64,000 bases of DNA, taken from an uncultured delta proteobacterium. Its GTDB lineage: Bacteria; Desulfobacterota; Desulfomonilia; Desulfomonilales; Desulfomonilaceae. Below are positions 39,521 to 49,735 of the stretch, piece by piece. The notes beneath the pieces are model-generated. The model was given only the letters and a program-made list of their open reading frames with translations, did no database searches and was not told the DNA's origin. The DNA lies in the NCBI GenBank assembly GCA_963789265.1, contig CAWBKB010000006.1:224001-288000 (forward strand), in the 5' to 3' direction. Position 1 is the first letter of the stretch. Each line of letters starts with the position of its first letter. A program made the translations under genes and the position numbers.

Positions 39521-40336
39521 TTACTTTTGTCCCGGGTTTACCGGAACTCCCTGCGGAGTTGGAGTCTGTTTTTCAATCTTCCTTTGTTCCATCATCTTCT
39601 GTTTCATGCCAGGCTGACTGTGTTCCATCGTTTTGTGTTCCAGGTCATGCCGGCGCTGTTGCATCTTCATCTCGGAGGTGCCCGGCTTTAATGAGCCCTT
39701 ATTCCCTTCCGTGCTTTTTTTGGGCTTGATGTTCATTTCTTCATGCTTGGGACCGCCTTGACCGCTCATTTCGGAAGGCTTGATTTTTCGTCCCTTTTCA
39801 AACTTGGTTCCATGCTTCAGCTTCTCTTGCGGGGATACCTTGCCTTGCGTGGCTGGATTTTTCGACTTTCGGCCGGTCTCAGTTTTTGTTTTTCCTTCCG
39901 ATGCCTTTGCAAAGAAGCTGTGGATTCTTGTTTCCCACTGGGACCCCCGCAGATCCGGCCAGCGGTTCGCTTCGAAATAGGGGGCATTGACCAGAAAATC
40001 CGGTCCGAAATCCACAAAAATCGCCTCAGGAGCGGTTCTCGCGATCACACGCCACGGGATGGGATACAGTCTCCCGTGTGCGCCCCGGAATCTCCCTGAA
40101 ATGACTACATATTGAGCGCAACCGGAATCATTCAAAACTATATTTTCAACGGTCCCCAGAATTACGCCCCTTTGATTGCGAACCGGTTTCCCAATCACCA
40201 CGCCGGCCACTCGCCCTGACCCGCGCAGGCTTGTCCTCCCATCGCGTCGAGCGAAAGACTGGTCCGGGGAAAAGGCCCACGAGACCATTAGGAACATCAT
40301 TGCTATCCCGATAATTATGCTTGATGCGGATCTCAT
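39521..40336 (-). CDS. Exported PRC-barrel domain protein with a charged low-complexity tail
   Basis: Signal peptide; VIGKPVRNQRGVILGTVENIVL..YVVI..YPIPW..APYF...WPD. Confidence 0.75.
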   Translation of the reverse strand: MRSASSIIIGIAMMFLMVSWAFSPDQSFARRDGRTSLRGSGRVAGVVIGKPVRNQRGVILGTVENIVLNDSGCAQYVVISGRFRGAHGRLYPIPWRVIARTAPEAIFVDFGPDFLVNAPYFEANRWPDLRGSQWETRIHSFFAKASEGKTKTETGRKSKNPATQGKVSPQEKLKHGTKFEKGRKIKPSEMSGQGGPKHEEMNIKPKKSTEGNKGSLKPGTSEMKMQQRRHDLEHKTMEHSQPGMKQKMMEQRKIEKQTPTPQGVPVNPGQK

Positions 40337-40716
40337 TTCTTGTCTCCTTCTACCGATTTGTCAACACTAAATGCTTGCTCAGGCCGGGTAATTCACTATT
40401 GTCCTCAGTAATTGTCGCAATGAAGCTGTTATATTCAACTTATTTAGTTTACGATGGGTCGTGATAGCGCGGTTGTCAACCCTGCAACAAATAATGCATC
40501 CCTATTTGCGGGTTGCGGTTTCGTTTTGAAGACATGGCATTGCGTTCTACTGACCCTATATATTATCCGTACGTTAATTTCACAGATCGGACTGACAACC
40601 GATGTGCCAAAGGAACCCGAGGAACTGGAAAGTGTCATATTCGTCATAAATTTACTTGATTGTTTGCTGTAAAAAAGTATTGATCTATTAAATAAGCGTC
40701 CAATTAGGAGTGAAAG

Positions 40717-41049
40717 ATGTCCCACATTCTGATCAACTGGCTCGTTACGACCATCGCTATCCTTGTCGCGGCCTACATTATCCCGGGAATTCGGATTGAC
40801 AGTCTGGGAGCAGCCTTGGTGGGAGCAGCAATTCTCGGCATTCTTAATGCGGTACTAAGGCCCATTTTGGTGATCCTCACGTTTCCTATCACCCTGATTA
40901 CTCTAGGCCTTTTCTTGTTCGTGCTAAATGCCTTGATCTTTCTTCTCGCCGGTTCCTTGCTCGACGGCTTTAATGTCCGCTCTTTTTGGTCTGCTCTCTT
41001 GGGCTCTTTGGTGGTAAGCATCGTGTCGTTTCTTGCGTACTCTTTCTGA
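40717..41049 (+). CDS. 4-TM membrane protein, YvlD/DUF360 ('phage holin family')
   Basis: GILNAVLRPILVILTFPITLITLGLFLFVLNA signature. Confidence 0.88.
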   Translation: MSHILINWLVTTIAILVAAYIIPGIRIDSLGAALVGAAILGILNAVLRPILVILTFPITLITLGLFLFVLNALIFLLAGSLLDGFNVRSFWSALLGSLVVSIVSFLAYSF

Positions 41050-41099
41050 AGGCAAAATTGCCGGCCCCGGCTCATGCAGGTTTGATGGGCAAAGTTGCA

Positions 41100-42518
41100 A
41101 TGAAATTTGTATTTGAAAGAAAATATCTGATTGCAATAGCGTTCCTCTTGGCCGCCCTGATCTTAGTTCTCGGAAGTGCGAGCGGCTGCCTGGCTCAAAC
41201 TAGTGTACCAGTGCCGACAACGCAAACTGAACCAGAAAAAGCGCCTTCCACAGGATTCCTCCCCTCGCTGGAAAAAGTGTCCCCGATTCATCCCAAAGAG
41301 ATAGGAGGGGCGGTGCGGAACTTTGAGCGAGAACTTGAGAGAGCAGGGAGCGAGGTCTCAAGCAACCTGGGCAGTTGGCTCGGTTTAAAAATTTTCGCGG
41401 GAGTTACGTTGTTGAGCCTAATAGTGTGCCTGCTGGTTCTATTTCTGGTGGCAATTGTGGACTGGCTGGTTCGCAGGCTGATAGAAATAAGGGGTCGCAA
41501 GCTAAAAACGGTTGAACTGCCGTTTCCGTGGATGTCGCTTGTCCTCGAAGCTCTCTCAAAACCCGTTTCGCTTTTTATATGGGTTTACGGAACGTACGGC
41601 GCCCTGTCAATAGTGCTCGTTCAGTTTCAGAAAAGCACAGGCCTTAATTTTTTGATGTCTGTGGCTGGGAAGGCCGCTGATATTGGCGGTTCCATTGCTA
41701 TCATTTGGTTGGCCTACCGTTTGGCGACCCTTTCCGATGTTCAGGTGGAAGCATGGGCGGCGGCGAGTAAAAGCAAAATAGATCATTTGCTGGTCGGAAT
41801 CGTGGGCAAAAGCCTGCGCATCCTGATAATCTTAATAGGCGGCATCATGGTCATTCAGAGTGTCACGGGGATACAGATGGGTGCGGTGATCGCTTCCCTG
41901 GGCTTGGGTGGCCTTGCCGTGGCCCTGGCGGCGAAAGATTCGGTGGCAAACTTCCTCGGGACTCTGACTATAATTTTCGACAAGCCGTTTCATATAGGCG
42001 ATCAGGTGGTCATAGACAAATATGAGGGGACGGTGGAGGCTGTCGGTTTCAGGAGCACTCGAATTCGGACCGGCGACGGCAATCTTTTGTCCATGCCAAA
42101 CAGCAAAATAATTGATTCCCCATTACAAAATGTGGGGCAGAGACCCAACATATTGTGGAACACAAACATCGGGGTATCTTACGAAACACCCCCGGCCAAG
42201 GTGCGCCGCGCGGTCGAGATTATTGAAGAAATTCTTCACGATCATGAAGGCATGAGAAAGGGCTTCCCCCCGCGAGTCTACTTCAACGCGTTCAAAGACT
42301 CCAGCCTCAACATTGCAATTTGGGCCTGGTATCACCCGCCCAGCGAGTGGGATTACCAGGCATGGCTTCAGAAGACTTGTACGCAGATCCTTGAAAGATT
42401 TGATGCAGAGGGCATTAGGTTTGCGTTGCCCACCCAGGTCCTTCGCTTGCCGGTCGATGACAAAAGGCAGTTTGAACTGCGAACGATCAAAGGGGAACAA
42501 AGCGAAGGCGACAAATGA
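41100..42518 (+). CDS. Small-conductance mechanosensitive channel (MscS family)
   Basis: LGLGGLAVALAAKDSVANF, DKPFHIGD, GFRSTRIRT, MPNS and GIRFALPTQ motifs. Confidence 0.92.
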   Translation: MKFVFERKYLIAIAFLLAALILVLGSASGCLAQTSVPVPTTQTEPEKAPSTGFLPSLEKVSPIHPKEIGGAVRNFERELERAGSEVSSNLGSWLGLKIFAGVTLLSLIVCLLVLFLVAIVDWLVRRLIEIRGRKLKTVELPFPWMSLVLEALSKPVSLFIWVYGTYGALSIVLVQFQKSTGLNFLMSVAGKAADIGGSIAIIWLAYRLATLSDVQVEAWAAASKSKIDHLLVGIVGKSLRILIILIGGIMVIQSVTGIQMGAVIASLGLGGLAVALAAKDSVANFLGTLTIIFDKPFHIGDQVVIDKYEGTVEAVGFRSTRIRTGDGNLLSMPNSKIIDSPLQNVGQRPNILWNTNIGVSYETPPAKVRRAVEIIEEILHDHEGMRKGFPPRVYFNAFKDSSLNIAIWAWYHPPSEWDYQAWLQKTCTQILERFDAEGIRFALPTQVLRLPVDDKRQFELRTIKGEQSEGDK

Positions 42519-42805
42519 ATTCGGCGAAAGAAGGGAGGCAACCGTTCACGGATACTTATACCGGTTCGCTATTAAAGAGTGAGAATCGGTTTACAACAAA
42601 AATTGCGCTGACCTGGTGCCCAGGATGGCACTCAGGTCAGTGGCACCCAGCATCCCGCCGACTTTGGGTCTTGGTGCCACGGATCTGGGCTCTGTAAGAT
42701 CCGTGCCAGATTTAGGGGATGTTTCATTGTTTGACCGGGAACTGTATTATTAATTGATGGATCACGCCTTTAGCTCCGTTTGAGGATACGAGGAGCCACG
42801 AATAT

Positions 42806-42939
42806 GTCATTGCGAGGGCGCCAACTCGAAGCAATCTCATCTTCAGTGGGACCGGCATCTTGCCGGTCATTCCAATAGACAGGCTGGAAGCCTGTCCCAC
42901 CAATGGGGATTGCTTCGTCGTCTTACTCCTCGCAATTAC
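42806..42939. repeat. GTCATTGCGAG-type palindromic unit with a nested GTGGGAC...GTCCCAC hairpin
   Basis: Same modules as at 1-80 and 9745-9823. Confidence 0.75.
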
Positions 42940-43211
42940 AATACTGGACGACTGCATCCTAAAATAAAGCTTGTGCGCCACAATTCTCCAAAATCAGTAA
43001 AATCTGCGGAGCAAAGAAAGCAGTCCATTAATTGATATCCCACGTCCCGCTGGACCTGTCCCACCGGTATCATAGCAGGGTGGGCATCCTGCCCGCGCCG
43101 TCGTTCTAAACCTGACAATTGGTGGTGTGATCAGACGCCGTCATTTCTGCGTATGTGGGAATCTGGACCCCGCATCGGAGTCTCTGCCCCGGAGCGAGGA
43201 AATGCATTTTC

Positions 43212-44585
43212 TCACGCCAGACTATCAATCAAGCTCAAAATCTCGGAGGTTTTCTCCTTGAGCAGCGCTTTGTCTTGCCGAGTCTCAACATTGAGTCGGA
43301 TCACAGGCTCCGTGTTGGACGGTCGAAGATTGAACCTCCATTTTTCGAACTCCATGCTCAGGCCATCGGTGTAATCAATCCCCGAGTCTTTGCCCTTATA
43401 ACGAGCCTCCACTTTTTGAATCGTCCCACGCGGATCCGCCACTTTCCGGTTAATTTCGCCACTGACCGGGTATTTGTCCATCCGGGCCTGAATCAACTCC
43501 GACAAGGGGCGGCCCGCAACACTCAGCGTTTCAACCATGAGCAGCCAGGGAATCATGCCGCTGTCACAATAAGCGAAGTCCCTGAAATAGTGATGCGCGG
43601 ACATTTCACCGCCATAGATAGCGTCCTCGGCACGCATCCGCTCTTTGATAAACGCGTGCCCGGCTTTGCTCATCACCGGAATCCCGTCTGCTTCTTTCAC
43701 CATTTCCAGAGTGTTCCAGACAAGTCTGGGATCGTGAACAATTTTCGAACCGGGATGTCGCCTCAAAAAAGCCTGCGCTAGAAAACCTACGATGTAGTAT
43801 CCTTCGATAAAATCCCCCTTTTCGTCGAAAAAGAAACACCGATCGCAATCTCCGTCCCAGGCTATGCCCAGATCGGCCTTGTGAGCGATTACGCTCTCCG
43901 AGGTCACCCCCCGATTTTCGGGTAGAATGGGATTTGGGATTCCGTTAGGAAATGTGCCGTCAGGTTCAGAGAACATCCTTATGTATTCCAGGGGAACCCG
44001 GCCTTCGAGCTTATCCAATACCGGCCCCGCGCATCCGTTGCCGCAATTCATTACTACCTTGAGCCTTCGGATCTTTTCCGGATGAATATACGTGAGCAGA
44101 TGATCTATGAACGCGTCGCGTGAGCTAAGCGATTGAGTAGCGCCTTTTTTATTCGGCTCGGGTTGAAAAGTTTCGTTTACCACCAGGCGTTCGATATCTT
44201 TGAGACCGGTGTCTCCGCTTATCGGCCTTGACTCTCGCTTAACCAGTTTCATGCCGTTGTAATCCATCGGATTGTGGCTGGCCGTCACCATAATCCCGCC
44301 ATCAACCTCAAAATGTGAAGTTGCAAAATAAATTTCTTCCGTCGGGCAGAGTCCTATGTCAAGAACCTCACACCCTTGATCGTTGAGTCCTCTGGCAACT
44401 GCACCCGAAATAGCTCCACTGGAAAGCCGAACGTCTCTTCCCACACACACACGTGACGGCGCGAGCAGAGAAGCATAAGCTCTGCCGATTTTGTAAGCCA
44501 TGTTTTCGTTGAATTCATCGGGAATACGACCTCGAATATCATAGGCCTTGAAAGCACTCAGTTTCTCTTGTTTATCATCGGGCAT
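43212..44585 (-). CDS. manB: Phosphomannomutase/phosphoglucomutase (ManB/CpsG-like)
   Basis: [14 protein letters not shown] (phospho-Ser), DGDCDR and GEMSAHHYF motifs. Confidence 0.92.
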   Translation of the reverse strand: MPDDKQEKLSAFKAYDIRGRIPDEFNENMAYKIGRAYASLLAPSRVCVGRDVRLSSGAISGAVARGLNDQGCEVLDIGLCPTEEIYFATSHFEVDGGIMVTASHNPMDYNGMKLVKRESRPISGDTGLKDIERLVVNETFQPEPNKKGATQSLSSRDAFIDHLLTYIHPEKIRRLKVVMNCGNGCAGPVLDKLEGRVPLEYIRMFSEPDGTFPNGIPNPILPENRGVTSESVIAHKADLGIAWDGDCDRCFFFDEKGDFIEGYYIVGFLAQAFLRRHPGSKIVHDPRLVWNTLEMVKEADGIPVMSKAGHAFIKERMRAEDAIYGGEMSAHHYFRDFAYCDSGMIPWLLMVETLSVAGRPLSELIQARMDKYPVSGEINRKVADPRGTIQKVEARYKGKDSGIDYTDGLSMEFEKWRFNLRPSNTEPVIRLNVETRQDKALLKEKTSEILSLIDSLA

Positions 44586-44660
44586 GCATAATTCCTTTCT
44601 TATCGGACCGTCATTTTACGAGCATTGCAAATGGGGCCCATCCCGGCGGCAGATCAAGTA

Positions 44661-46049
44661 TTAGGGGTACGTTCCGTCACGCAGGACCGTGCCTCGCGGT
44701 ATCCGGAAAACTCCTTTCGGCGGAGCATCAATTGCCACTTTCCCTTCGATACTGATGTCCCTCTCGAAGAAAACACTCCCCGATACGTCAAACGAGCACG
44801 CGTTCACGAGGGAAACGGAAGAGGGATCTTCGAAGCGCCGGCAGAATTCAAAGGGGGAACTTAAGAATTCCGATCCGAAGCTTACCGTCGGACGTAAAGG
44901 CAAGAAGAGGGGTCGCAACGGGTTTTTTTGCAACTTGTACATGGAATCCAGTATACAAACGTCCGATTGTAGCAAAAATAGGTCCGCGACTTTCTTGGTG
45001 GGGAAAAACCTGTCCCTGTCCACTTGAAGTCCTCTTGCATTGTGGAAAGATCCAATTGCAGCGCCCATTGCAGTTTCGAGTTGTATGACTTTGTGTCCAA
45101 GGACGGTCTTGCGATTCTGGATGAGCGGCAGTTTCATCGGCCCTTCCTTGAGGGCATCGGCCAGAGCGTCCAAATCCACCCAAACATTGTTGGTATTGAA
45201 GACCCGAAACCTGTTTATGTCCATAAAGGATTCTCGGTCCTCCGGCGCGACCTGGGCGATCTCTAAAAGATCGAGTTGCCCGTTTCGTACCACGAGCGTT
45301 CCGCCTTTCCTGTCTACTTTTGTCCTGGTGGTCACTTCCAGCAGGAACTCGATCCCTTCGGTCTCTATGAGACCCAGTATCCAGGGCTCGAGGCAAGCGG
45401 CCAGATTGTCCAGATTGGAGATAAGCGCCCATTTGCAGCCTCTTTCTCTGAGCTTGTCCAGTAGTCCGCTTCGTTTCAGACTTTCGTACACGTCTCCATG
45501 GCCGGCAGGCGCCCAATCCTCGTCCGAACCGCTCTCAAACGGAGCCAAATCCCCTTCGATGAGCCGCGGGACCTCACTTTGCATGAATGTCAGCACAGGG
45601 AGGTCAAAGGGCCGAAGGATTTCCATTGTGGGTCCGTGAGTGAAGAAGCTGTTCATCAGGACAAGAGGTACTTGGACATTCCAGTGGGAGCGTACAGCCT
45701 CGACCTGACCCACAATGATCTCAAGATAGGATCGACCGTTTTTTGCAGTGAGAACCCCTTTGGGGGTCAGCCCCCCCATGGTAGTGCTGCGCCCGCCGTT
45801 CAGCTTAATAACCGCCACCTTTTTCAGCAGCGATTCGCCTCTGGCTGCAAGTTTGGCGAGATCGCCGGGGTCCGGGGTTTTCAACAGGAGGGCCGAATTA
45901 GGGGTGGAGACCTGATCTAACGGTACGTATGCCGAGTGTTCATCGTCAACCTGCAGAACCATCTGCAAGAAGCTCTCGATGGCCTGCGGATGGATGCCTC
46001 GCGACGCCATATTCCGCCTGATACGCTCAACTATGCCCTCCGATCTCAT
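44661..46049 (-). CDS. UTP--glucose-1-phosphate uridylyltransferase, eukaryote-type UDPGP family
   Basis: IKLNGGRSTTMG..PKG, LMNSFFT, WAPAGHGDVY, SNLDNL, DRKGG, LLEIAQV, FNTNN, QLETAMG, RFFPTK; C-terminal beta-helix. Confidence 0.85.
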   Translation of the reverse strand: MRSEGIVERIRRNMASRGIHPQAIESFLQMVLQVDDEHSAYVPLDQVSTPNSALLLKTPDPGDLAKLAARGESLLKKVAVIKLNGGRSTTMGGLTPKGVLTAKNGRSYLEIIVGQVEAVRSHWNVQVPLVLMNSFFTHGPTMEILRPFDLPVLTFMQSEVPRLIEGDLAPFESGSDEDWAPAGHGDVYESLKRSGLLDKLRERGCKWALISNLDNLAACLEPWILGLIETEGIEFLLEVTTRTKVDRKGGTLVVRNGQLDLLEIAQVAPEDRESFMDINRFRVFNTNNVWVDLDALADALKEGPMKLPLIQNRKTVLGHKVIQLETAMGAAIGSFHNARGLQVDRDRFFPTKKVADLFLLQSDVCILDSMYKLQKNPLRPLFLPLRPTVSFGSEFLSSPFEFCRRFEDPSSVSLVNACSFDVSGSVFFERDISIEGKVAIDAPPKGVFRIPRGTVLRDGTYP

Positions 46050-46113
46050 TCCACCCCAACTCCCTGTTCCTCAGTGAAGTGTCATTGCAATAGAAACGCA
46101 AGAACAAAGGCGA

Positions 46114-46404
46114 TCATTCCTTACCAACTGCGTCGGTAAGTTTGCGGGCTTTTTCGATCAATTCGATTAAAGTGCACACTTTGCTCGGTTGGGGTTGAAC
46201 AAAGCATTTTTCGAAGTCATTCGGGCTGAGTTTCCTGCGAAAATAAGTTTCCACGTCAAAGTAATAGCCCCAGCAAGCCAGCGCTCGTGCACACGGGAAT
46301 TCCCGGCTCTCCACGCGACAGAATTCGAAGGCTACCTGCCCGCCCAACTTAGGACAACGAATTTGCACCTCCTCATAAGGAGGATTGGAAGAAGTGGTTG
46401 TCAT
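46114..46404 (-). CDS. Small Cys-rich hypothetical protein
   Basis: RCPKLGGQVAFEFCR..PCARALACW; SD GGAGG. Confidence 0.7.
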   Translation of the reverse strand: MTTTSSNPPYEEVQIRCPKLGGQVAFEFCRVESREFPCARALACWGYYFDVETYFRRKLSPNDFEKCFVQPQPSKVCTLIELIEKARKLTDAVGKE

Positions 46405-46543
46405 AGGACCTCCATCATTGTCCTAATTGTCGTATCCGGTCAGAACATGCATTCTATGCGCTAATATTAACAGAATCGTCGATGCGGGTAAAGGGCGGCA
46501 CTTCTTAGTCTATGTGATTTGGTCAGGGACAGAGCGTCATACA

Positions 46544-46672
46544 TTTCTCGTTATCGGGCTCTGCCTGGGAATGCCTGCCGATGAGGCTCTGCCTCCATTA
46601 TGAGAAATAAGGGCAGTTTGCGGGCAGAGCCCGCGAGACATGGGTTCCCAGGCGGAGCCTGGGAACCAGAAA
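46544..46672. repeat. REP-like unit (GGCTCTGCCTGGGAATGCC...GAGGCTCTGCCTC...CCCAGGCGGAGCCTGGGAAC)
   Basis: Second copy at about 52700-52810. Confidence 0.7.
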
Positions 46673-46750
46673 ACGAAAAAGTCACAAACAAGCTGCGGGG
46701 CGGATTTAGACCCCGGCCCCGCAGGCGGATGAACGACCTTCAAATAACGA

Positions 46751-48130
46751 TCAGAGCTTCGGCTTCGGAAACCCTTCCAGGGCCTTGAGAGCTTCTTGGA
46801 TCTCTTCCATCGGGAGTTCGTAGTCAAAGAGCTTGCCCTGGAAATACGCATCGTATGCGGCAAGGTCCACGAGGCCATGACCGCTCCAATTGACAAGGAT
46901 AGTCTTCTGCTTTCCTTCTTCCTTGGCTTTCTTTGCTTCTTGTATGACAGCGGCCAGAGCATGATTGGTCTCGGGCGCACTTATAAAGCCTTCCGTCCTG
47001 GCCCAGGTCACGCCGGCCTGAAATGTCTCCAACTGCGCCACGGCCCGCGGTTCAATAAGCTTGTCCATGATCAACTGGCTTACCAGAGGCGCCATGCCAT
47101 GATAGCGTAACCCCCCTGCGTGAATCGGAGCCGGCACAAAAGAATGTCCTAATGTGTGCATGGGAAGCAGCGGGGTCATCTGAACTGTGTCGCCGAAGTC
47201 ATAAGTAAACGGCCCCTTGGTCATGGTAGGGCAGGAAGTCGGTTCCACGGCTATGATCTGGATCTGTTTCCCTGCGATCTTGTCCCTGACGAACGGGAAG
47301 GCGCAGCCTGCGAAATTGCTGCCACCGCCGGCACAACCTATAACGATATCCGGATAATCGCCTACCTTAGCTAGTTGTTTTTCAACTTCTTGGCCAACGA
47401 CAGTTTGGTGAAGAAGCACATGGTTCAGGACGCTGCCAAGGGAGTAACGAGTGGTAGGGCGACCCTGAGCTTCGCTGGTGACAGCGTCTTCCACTGCCTC
47501 GCTTATTGCGATGCCAAGACTGCCCGGAGAATTAGGATCCTGTGCCAGTATTTTGCGACCGGCCTCAGTCTCTGTGCTGGGGCTGGGAATACAAGTAGCT
47601 CCCCATGTGTTCATCATGAGGCGGCGATAAGGCTTCTGCTCGTAACTCACGCGGACCATGTAAACTTTTGCCTCCAGGCCGAACTGATTGGCCGCGAAAG
47701 CCAGGGCGCTGCCCCATTGTCCCGCGCCTGTTTCGGTGGAGATTCTCTTAACGCCGAAGACTTTGTTGTAGTAGGCCTGCGGGATAGCCGTATTGGGCTT
47801 GTGGCTCCCTGCCGGGCTGACACCTTCATTCTTGTAATAAATTTTTACCGGGCAGTTTAAGAATTTCTCAAGCTTGACCGCGCGATACAGAGGGGTAGGG
47901 CGCCATATTGTCAGCTTGTCCAGGACCTCATCCGGGATGTTGATCCACCTCTCCTGGCTGACTTCCTGTTCGATAAGATTCATTGGAAAGACAGGCGCGA
48001 GGTCCTCAGGGCCAATAGGCTGATGGGTCCCCGGGTGCAAAGGAGGCTGCATTGGGTTCGGCATGTCCGCCGCGATGTTATACCATTGGCGGGGTATTTC
48101 ATCTTCGTTGAGAAAAATCTTCACCGACAT
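46751..48130 (-). CDS. trpB2: TrpB2 (tryptophan synthase beta-like, stand-alone)
   Basis: [16 protein letters not shown] (PLP lysine), [23 protein letters not shown] and SGHG motifs. Confidence 0.93.
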   Translation of the reverse strand: MSVKIFLNEDEIPRQWYNIAADMPNPMQPPLHPGTHQPIGPEDLAPVFPMNLIEQEVSQERWINIPDEVLDKLTIWRPTPLYRAVKLEKFLNCPVKIYYKNEGVSPAGSHKPNTAIPQAYYNKVFGVKRISTETGAGQWGSALAFAANQFGLEAKVYMVRVSYEQKPYRRLMMNTWGATCIPSPSTETEAGRKILAQDPNSPGSLGIAISEAVEDAVTSEAQGRPTTRYSLGSVLNHVLLHQTVVGQEVEKQLAKVGDYPDIVIGCAGGGSNFAGCAFPFVRDKIAGKQIQIIAVEPTSCPTMTKGPFTYDFGDTVQMTPLLPMHTLGHSFVPAPIHAGGLRYHGMAPLVSQLIMDKLIEPRAVAQLETFQAGVTWARTEGFISAPETNHALAAVIQEAKKAKEEGKQKTILVNWSGHGLVDLAAYDAYFQGKLFDYELPMEEIQEALKALEGFPKPKL

Positions 48131-48559
48131 AGGCTTCTCCCTCCTGCTGCTTTTGTACGACTTTCCCTTTCGCGTAGTGGAAACGAAAGGGCTTGCTCAC
48201 GGATGGATGATTGATCAATTTCGACAGTCGCGCCAGGCCCTTTGGTCAGGGCACCATATATCCCGTCAGGCCGGTATGGGAATCTGCGCTCCCATGCTTG
48301 CGATTGGACTCGGGGCGAGAAACCGCCGTGAGCAATTCTACTTTCAAACCGGGTGCATGCGCAAGACTTTTCAGCACAGCATACGTACTGCTACAAGTTC
48401 GTCCCCTGTGTTCCGGCAATTGTCGGCCTTTTGCCGAAGAACTTGACACGGGCCGGCAACCATGAGGTAAACTCCTATGCGAAATCGTAATAGTTCATCG
48501 CAGCCGAATTTTGCCGATTTCTGCGGCAAAATATTTCCTCGCTATTGGAGTCAATCAAA

Positions 48560-49120
48560 ATGAAGATAGTCGCTATCCTGGGAAGCCCCAGAGGTAAGAG
48601 TAACAGCACAGCCCTGGCCCGGATAATTCTGCGAAAGGCCGGCGAGCTGGGAGCGGAAACGGGAGAGTTTGTTCTCAATAAACTCCAGTTTAAGGGTTGC
48701 CAAGCGTGCGAGACGTGCAAGACAAAACTGGATCACTGCGTCCTAAGCGATGACTTGACGCAGGCACTTGAAGCGGTCAAGGAGGCCGACGCTGTTATCA
48801 TGGCCTCGCCAAATTATTTCGGAGAGGTGTCGGGGCAGTTCAAGTCATTTTTCGATCGGACTTACTCGTATCTGAACCCGGACCACACTTCGCGGCTCCA
48901 ACCGGGGAAGTCGTCGGTGTTCGTTTTTTCTCAGGGAAATCCGAACCTACAAATGTATACCGATGTTTATACTCGGTACGAAATGTGGCTCAAACGCTTC
49001 GGATTTTCAAACAATTATCTTCTCCGCATGAACGGCCCCAGAGCTACAGACTCCGTCTCGCAGAGACCGGACCTGATCAGCCAGGCTGAAGAAATTGCCA
49101 AGAATCTGACGTCATTATAG
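48560..49120 (+). CDS. Iron-sulfur flavoprotein / multimeric flavodoxin (WrbA/Isf family)
   Basis: ILGSPRGKSNS; CQACETC.....C; ASPNYF; KSFFDR. Confidence 0.9.
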   Translation: MKIVAILGSPRGKSNSTALARIILRKAGELGAETGEFVLNKLQFKGCQACETCKTKLDHCVLSDDLTQALEAVKEADAVIMASPNYFGEVSGQFKSFFDRTYSYLNPDHTSRLQPGKSSVFVFSQGNPNLQMYTDVYTRYEMWLKRFGFSNNYLLRMNGPRATDSVSQRPDLISQAEEIAKNLTSL

Positions 49121-49275
49121 ATGGCGCCGACAGGCCGGCAATTTCGGAGGGCTTGATCTGCTCGTACGTTGCCAACGGGTGAGAGGCGCTTTTCGACCGC
49201 GCCCACTATAGCAATTTCAAAAGTAATCACGGATTGCGAAAAGTGATCCCCCTAAACTGGTGGTCCCGCCGTTGG

Positions 49276-49468
49276 CGCATAGGCGTTAACTTAAGGTAAT
49301 TTCGTTCCTTTTCAGGAAGGTCCACGCAGGCCGAGGGCGATCAAAGTCCCCCTTTTCTAAGGGGGATTTAGGGGGATTTTCAAGTAGTTATCCCAAAATC
49401 CCCCCTGGCCCCCCTTTACGAAAGGGGGGGAACCCCGCATTTCGCTGGGTTAAGTTAACGCCCATGCG
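49276..49468. mobile_element. Intact MITE (terminal repeats CGCATAGGCGTTAACTTAA / TTAAGTTAACGCCCATGCG) inserted in a REP hairpin
   Basis: 19-bp near-perfect inverted termini; flanking direct repeat CCGTTGG; homologue of the split copy at 36811/39204. Confidence 0.85.
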
Positions 49469-49735
49469 CCGTTGGTGGGACCACCGTGCCGTTGAACAAT
49501 TCTCTAAGAAATCAACCCGTTCCGCCCGGCAGAGACACCGGGCCTAATTCTTTGTGATGCAGCCGCTAGATGAGGTTATGACTTTTGAGAACTCCTCTGT
49601 GCGGCGATTCGGATTCCGTCATCATTCTGTAGCGGTCGAAATCTCAAGTCCGGCAATTTTGCGAGTCCTAGGCACGTATCCTTATCATTGACAACGGAAA
49701 GTCAATCCTCACGACGCCGGCCACGCGGGAAAATT

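Noticed and set aside
40717..41049. 'Phage holin' as evidence of a prophage
   Set aside because: The YvlD/DUF360 family is a common chromosomal membrane protein and there are no phage genes nearby.
48131..48480. Trp attenuator or riboswitch upstream of trpB2
   Set aside because: One hairpin (CCCTTTCG/CGAAAGGG) but no Trp-rich leader peptide, U-tract terminator or recognisable aptamer.
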